Of a DNA stretch of 64,000 nt, positions 59,211-64,000 are shown in pieces. The notes beneath the pieces are model-generated. The model did no database searches and had not been told where the DNA came from. It worked only from the letters and a program-made list of their open reading frames with translations. The translations under genes were made by a program, and so were the position numbers. The stretch is from NCBI GenBank assembly GCA_000002435.2, contig CM018792.1. One strand, 5' to 3'. The stretch comes from Giardia intestinalis (Eukaryota). Every line of letters starts with the position of its first letter. Within the stretch, counting starts at the first letter, position 1.

Positions 59211-62126
59211 ATGTATGTATTTTGCTGGGAACTGTCATCATCCTCAGCAGTTAGAATATCTAGGCTTACAGGTCTCCCGGAAGATATAATCCATTCGGTT
59301 CTTCCACGAGGATCTACATCTTTACAGAGAGTCTTACAGCAGCATCGCACTCTTGCTCGTCTTCCAGGAGAGGTTTGCGTATATAGAATAGAGGTTCATA
59401 GTGACCGGAAGACACTGTGTGTGGTTCGTCAGCGCTGTTCAGTCCGTCTAAGCCTTGCTGCAATGTGCACTGACTCCTCTAAGCTGAGTTTATCTCATTC
59501 TGAATGCCTCTGTATTCTAACTGCCTTTCTGGCTCTACTACAAGAAGTGGGCACTCAGTATCCCAATATTGTACAGTTTCTTGAAGAAGAACAGTTCTTT
59601 ATGACGCTCACAGGCTCAATCGCAGTTGAGATTCCAGTTGAAATTCTACTATTTAGCAGGCAGAAAAGACAGATGGGATCTGAGGAATTGATGGCTGTAC
59701 TTGCCCGTACCTATCTTACGGACTCACTCTCCAACCTAATAACTCAGTTTGTTACATGTTATATTCGTCTGTTTTATTATCGAAAGGCTACCTTATCAAA
59801 AGCAGAGCTAACTCTTCCGGACGAGCTTCAAGATCTGACTAGATTTAATGATACCCTTCGGGGCCTTAATTCTTTCTCTAGAAATTCGTCTATCAATATG
59901 CTAACTCTTTATAATTATATGCAGACACCCAATGCTCAACTGGCCCTGACACAAATGGAGGTGTCTCGTGGCATTGAGCGAGATCCAGTCTTTAAGACCA
60001 CACAACTTCATCGTGCCATAAAATCATCTGATGCCCCCAGCATTCATCTTTATTCGCGCCTCTATGGAGGACTCAGAGACATATCTGGACAAACAGGCCT
60101 TCACTATCTGACCGGGCTAGGCTCGAGCATTACATATGATGCTATTTTAAATCTTCTTCCTCTAGAGGTCCAATGCGAAGACAGGATTGGCTATTGTGCT
60201 GGATCATACTTTTTGCAATTAGAACGATATGAAGAGGCAGCACTTCTTAGCTTCTTTGAGCCCCTAGTCGATGATAGACATAACAGTATTTTAGTTCGGC
60301 TGATCGATGATATCACTATTTCAGAGGCAGGCCGGCAGGAGGCTTCTTCTAAGAAAAGCTTTCTTGAGAAGACAAGGTTCTTCTCGTCACTTATTGAATC
60401 ACAATCACATTTCTTACTTATTAACCTACTCTCAAATCAACTTGGCGTTCGGGGTGCCAAAGGACGAACAGCTTTGATTGCAGCAACACAAGGGAACCAC
60501 AAAGAGCTTGTAGCTGCACTGACTCCTTACGAGTCAAATATTTCTGATCTAGAAGGAGACGGTTATGCACTGGCCTATGCTATGTACAACGGAAGTCCCT
60601 CTATTGTTGAGCTGCTTGCTTCTTTAGAGGCATCCATACTACTAACGACTGGTTTCACGAACACGATGATCTGTGCAGCCTCTCCTTTCCCTCCTGGCTC
60701 TAGTGTATCCGGTCTGTTGAAATCAAAAGAACTGCGCAAGCGCACGTCTAAGGGCTGGACTGCGCTTATGTTTGCCGCGGTTGCTGGCAACCTTTGGGCT
60801 GTCAAGCAACTTGCCCATTCTGAGGCGGGTCTGACCAACTATGAAGGCCGGACAGCGGGCACTCTGGCGTATCTTAAGGGATATGCGTCGATTGCCGAGT
60901 GGCTGTCAAAGTTCGAAACTGTCCGTACCAACACTGGAGATACCCTGCTTCACAAGGCATGCCGAGAGTATATAAAAGACCCTACAGACGAGAATCTTAT
61001 GAATGTTCGTTCTCGACTCTCCATGGTTAATGAGTATACAGAATCCGGAGATCTAGCGATTTCCTTGGCTATTAAAGAAAGATGCAATCCTTTGATTAAG
61101 CTTTTAGATCTAGAATACAGGACAAGATTACCTGAAGTAGGCTACTCTAGTAAGATATCTCAGAGGAGTTTTCACAATGCAACGCCGCTAATGCTTGCAG
61201 CCCTGTTATGCATCCACGATCTCCCCGAAGCCATGATTGCTGCATCCGCAAGAATGCAGGATAATGAAGGCTTTACTGCACTGATGTGTGCAGCACGATC
61301 CGGATGTATCGAGCTGGTCCAGAGATTGATACCATATGAAAAGAAAATGCAGACGGAAAGCGGATTTACAGCGTTGATGTGTGCAGCACAAGAGGGCCAC
61401 GTCGCTGCCGTGCAAATGCTTTTAGAAGTAGGCAACGAATCGACCATTCAGGACAACAATGGAAATACGGCGCTTTTTCGTGCGCTACACAACGGCCACG
61501 ACGAGTGTAGCAAGATCCTTTTGCCACTAGAATACGATCTCAACAATAACTCTGGGGTTTCTATGCTTATGATAGCTGCAGAGAGCAGCACAAGCCTGTC
61601 ATTGCTTAACTCACTTGTCGCCCCACAATACAGCCAGCTCCGGCGGCGGCAACTTGATGGGAAAACAGCACTGATGTGCGCTGCAGCAGTCAATAATACC
61701 TTCGCTGTGACGGTGCTATTACAACAGGAAGACTCTAGAGAAGTAGGGATGCAAGATGAACAGGGCTTTACCGCTCTCATGTATGCGGCTTCTGCGGGGC
61801 ATGTAGAGACATGCCGCTTACTTGCACCATACGAAAGTGGCATGCGAGCAGTCAGGGAACAAACTGCTGCTATGCTAGCTGCAGAGACAGGACACCTGGA
61901 GTGCTTTTCTATTCTTCTGCCTATTGAAGGAGCAATGAAGAAAAGCTCTGGGTGGTCTCTCGTCCACAGTGCGGCAGTGGGAGGATCAATAGAAATATTG
62001 AGTAGGTTGGCCCCCACTCCGCAAGAACTTATTGACGGAGCCGACTCACCTTTGTCCTTGGCGAAGAGACACCTCAGATACGAGATGCTCAACTATATAG
62101 AGACCTGTTTACAAAAGAAGCAGTAG
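59211..62126 (+). CDS. Large ankyrin-repeat protein (Giardia 'Protein 21.1' family), 971 aa
   Basis: More than 12 ankyrin repeats from aa ~430 onwards, for example GRTALIAATQGNHKELVAALTPYE, GWTALMFAAVAGNLWAVKQL, GFTALMCAARSGCIELVQRLIPYE, GFTALMCAAQEGHVAAVQMLLEVG, GNTALFRALHNGHDECSKILLP and GFTALMYAASAGHVETCRLLAPYE. The N-terminal 400 aa are helical and not ankyrin. Confidence 0.7.
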   Translation: MYVFCWELSSSSAVRISRLTGLPEDIIHSVLPRGSTSLQRVLQQHRTLARLPGEVCVYRIEVHSDRKTLCVVRQRCSVRLSLAAMCTDSSKLSLSHSECLCILTAFLALLQEVGTQYPNIVQFLEEEQFFMTLTGSIAVEIPVEILLFSRQKRQMGSEELMAVLARTYLTDSLSNLITQFVTCYIRLFYYRKATLSKAELTLPDELQDLTRFNDTLRGLNSFSRNSSINMLTLYNYMQTPNAQLALTQMEVSRGIERDPVFKTTQLHRAIKSSDAPSIHLYSRLYGGLRDISGQTGLHYLTGLGSSITYDAILNLLPLEVQCEDRIGYCAGSYFLQLERYEEAALLSFFEPLVDDRHNSILVRLIDDITISEAGRQEASSKKSFLEKTRFFSSLIESQSHFLLINLLSNQLGVRGAKGRTALIAATQGNHKELVAALTPYESNISDLEGDGYALAYAMYNGSPSIVELLASLEASILLTTGFTNTMICAASPFPPGSSVSGLLKSKELRKRTSKGWTALMFAAVAGNLWAVKQLAHSEAGLTNYEGRTAGTLAYLKGYASIAEWLSKFETVRTNTGDTLLHKACREYIKDPTDENLMNVRSRLSMVNEYTESGDLAISLAIKERCNPLIKLLDLEYRTRLPEVGYSSKISQRSFHNATPLMLAALLCIHDLPEAMIAASARMQDNEGFTALMCAARSGCIELVQRLIPYEKKMQTESGFTALMCAAQEGHVAAVQMLLEVGNESTIQDNNGNTALFRALHNGHDECSKILLPLEYDLNNNSGVSMLMIAAESSTSLSLLNSLVAPQYSQLRRRQLDGKTALMCAAAVNNTFAVTVLLQQEDSREVGMQDEQGFTALMYAASAGHVETCRLLAPYESGMRAVREQTAAMLAAETGHLECFSILLPIEGAMKKSSGWSLVHSAAVGGSIEILSRLAPTPQELIDGADSPLSLAKRHLRYEMLNYIETCLQKKQ

Positions 62127-63529
62127 ATCTAGATCAGTTTTTGGCCATGGTTTCGTTCATTATGGCCACCGGCTCCTAAATTGTATTTGTTCTGCATAAC
62201 GTTAAGCAGGACGATTAGCGCCATCTAGGACAGTATCCTAAATTAATTGCCCTCTGATCCGTTACAACGCCACGCTACGTTTGGACAACCTCCCGCCGCC
62301 TTTCTGTTACTTTCTCTTCAGGTAATATTACTCTGCGCCTAATATCCATGTAGCGTCATTTAACTGGCATTCATAGATCCCTGTGAGCCGAGCACCTTCC
62401 TGTACTGCCGAATCATTTAATAAAGTCGCGTTCCTAAAAGTGCATACTTCACAATTACCCCTGTTATCACACCAAGCAAAAGCTACCTCAGTCCAATTAA
62501 GAAGTGTGCATCTTTGCAAGTTTCCTGCTCATAATGTATCTGTTCGACTGTCTACTCCTTCACAAGCGTAGCCTGTATAACTGCTACCTATCTCACCAAT
62601 GTAGGTTTGGCGTTGTATATGTGAACATATTCACTGGTGCTACGACCCGCTGTGGCAGTTAATGTATTTGGTAACAACCTCTGAAGTGCTGGGGCCTGAA
62701 GCTACAAGCATCGCATAATTAACTGCTTCTAACTATTTGTAAGTGTAGGCCAAGTACAAACAATACAAAGCAGCTCACTTATTACAAACACCGTTGAGCC
62801 ACTGTTATATCTGGCACACATCTAGGTATATCTCTGTGCTGCTAATTCTGGTATTGGCTCAACAATGACCAGTTTTATAAAGAGCGTAACATACATCAGA
62901 CTTCTGAGCACCTGTGATACTACTTTGTAAGCGTTATGGAAGTATTAACTCTAAATGCACTGCTAAGCTGCTCAGCTCTGCAATATTCCCCTCCATTTTC
63001 AGCATTGATATCACTGTGCCAAGATAACTGGATAGCGACGAATTTGTCGCAAACTGAGGCCTACTTCGCACTCCTTAGTATACCTCATCAGCATAGTGAA
63101 CGCTGCGTTACACTGCAAGATGGATGCCTCGTAACTGACAGAAAACCCTGGTAAAGTAAACTCGATTGCATCGTTCCTCGAAATAACTGTTGTCCTACTA
63201 CTGAGTTGTTGCTCTATTACTCTCAGACAGCGACTAGCGCTAGTATCATGTCCTACAAGCATCTGCACAAGCGAGCAAGAAAGGAGTAGTATCCACCTTT
63301 GTCACTGGGCCTCGACCTATACACCAAGAGGTCCACTTGAAGGCAGGAAGACCGTCAAGCTGCTCGGAAAGATAGCCATTCCTTGCATCCAAACCATCTT
63401 TACAGGAAAACTGGACACTATAGCCTGTATTAGAGTAACAAATAAAGTAATATGCATGTCTCAGTGTTGATTGCTCTTTGCACAAACATGATCTTGGCAG
63501 ACGCTGTTCCATATAGTAATGAGTTTTGA

Positions 63530-64000
63530 ATGAAATGTAATAGTACCCCTAATTGCAGGGAAAACAGATGCATTATTGTTTCCTTCCGTGAAATATGTAC
63601 ACAGTGCAACGAAGGCTATGTCCCTCTAGATGGAATATGTGCTGATGACAAGTCAGTTATTAATGCCTTTGGCTGCACGGTGTCTGATGGGAGGTGCACG
63701 AGCTGCAAAGGTGACAACCATTTTCTCTTCTATGGGGGCTGTCATAATACTGAAGAGACCGCATTCAATGTCTTTTGTGCTGAGGTGAAGGACGGTAAGT
63801 GCACCAAATGCAAGGGGATCACGTTCACCAATCCAGAACCGAACGCTGTTGAGTTATGCATCCTCTGCATGGATACGGTAGGCTTCGGCAACTACAAGGG
63901 CAGGGAAGGATGTACTCACTGCTTCATGACTGACATCGCTGGCACAGACCCGTTTGTCTGCGCCGGCTGTTCAGACCCGCAATTGGCCCCAATCGATGGC
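63530..64000 (+). CDS. High-cysteine membrane protein, a paralog of the HCMP at 7699-9777. The N-terminal part is present and the rest runs off the window end.
   Basis: MKCNSTPNCRENRC…VPLDGICADDKS…CTSCKGDNHFLFYGGCHNTEE…KCTKCKG…ELCILCMDTVGFGNYKGREGCTHC aligns with 7648-ORF residues VPINGACVGKDDS…CTSCTGG…YFLFYGGCYNKNE…KCILCGDTAGFNDKVGIAGCSSC. There is an in-frame stop immediately upstream (…NEF*). Confidence 0.6.
   Translation, partial: MKCNSTPNCRENRCIIVSFREICTQCNEGYVPLDGICADDKSVINAFGCTVSDGRCTSCKGDNHFLFYGGCHNTEETAFNVFCAEVKDGKCTKCKGITFTNPEPNAVELCILCMDTVGFGNYKGREGCTHCFMTDIAGTDPFVCAGCSDPQLAPIDG

Noticed and set aside
61172-62092. Minus-strand ORFs 61172-61447 and 61448-62092
   Set aside because: They are antisense to the ankyrin-repeat region of the Protein 21.1 gene. 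Ankyrin-repeat DNA often keeps reverse frames open, and there are no motifs.
62328-63512. Small ORFs in the 62.1-63.5 kb intergenic region
   Set aside because: They are short, overlapping and AT-rich with no motifs. They are more likely non-coding upstream sequence of the HCMP paralog.
1-64000. A prokaryotic defence, toxin or biosynthetic system, as suggested by the task prompt
   Set aside because: All the signals are eukaryotic and Giardia-like: VSP CRGKA tails, AGTRAAY poly(A) signals, the IFT52/CHD/RFC/CK2beta/TSR1 gene content, eukaryote-type tRNA context, and no Shine-Dalgarno or operon structure.

Overview
The window is eukaryotic, not prokaryotic, and almost certainly a chromosome-internal segment of Giardia intestinalis (lamblia). 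The evidence is read from the sequence. Two minus-strand genes end in the Giardia variant-specific surface protein (VSP) tail: a transmembrane helix followed by CRGKA (10580-14044) or the variant CRSKA (4436-6547). Their conserved 3' ends carry the Giardia poly(A) signal AGTRAAY. Other Giardia hallmarks are CXXC-rich high-cysteine membrane proteins (HCMPs), a NEK kinase fused to ankyrin repeats, 'Protein 21.1'-type ankyrin proteins, intron-less genes with tiny AT-rich initiator regions, and relics of GilM/GilT-like non-LTR retroelements. No prokaryotic defence or biosynthetic system is present.

Layout:
- **1-14.3 kb, variable-antigen territory.** NEK-ankyrin pseudokinase, a dead retroelement, a frameshifted VSP pseudogene, an HCMP, a second 5'-truncated retroelement copy, and an intact VSP. 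The intact VSP carries 20 perfectly identical 120-bp tandem repeats.
- **14.3-64 kb, densely packed core genes.** A run of three cilium/dynein genes (DNAAF4/DYX1C1-like, IFT52, Tctex1). Then REI1/ZNF622, a tandem array of small paralogous Cys/His-motif genes of unknown function, CK2-beta, an Mrs2/CorA Mg2+ channel, RFC small subunit, tRNA-Leu(UAA), a CHD-type chromodomain-SNF2 remodeler (2645 aa), a 2093-aa protein whose kinase motifs are spread over about 900 residues, TSR1, tRNA-Gly(CCC), Maf, a large Protein-21.1 ankyrin gene, and the start of a second HCMP paralog at the window edge.

All calls come from reading translations and motifs by eye. No database searches were run.
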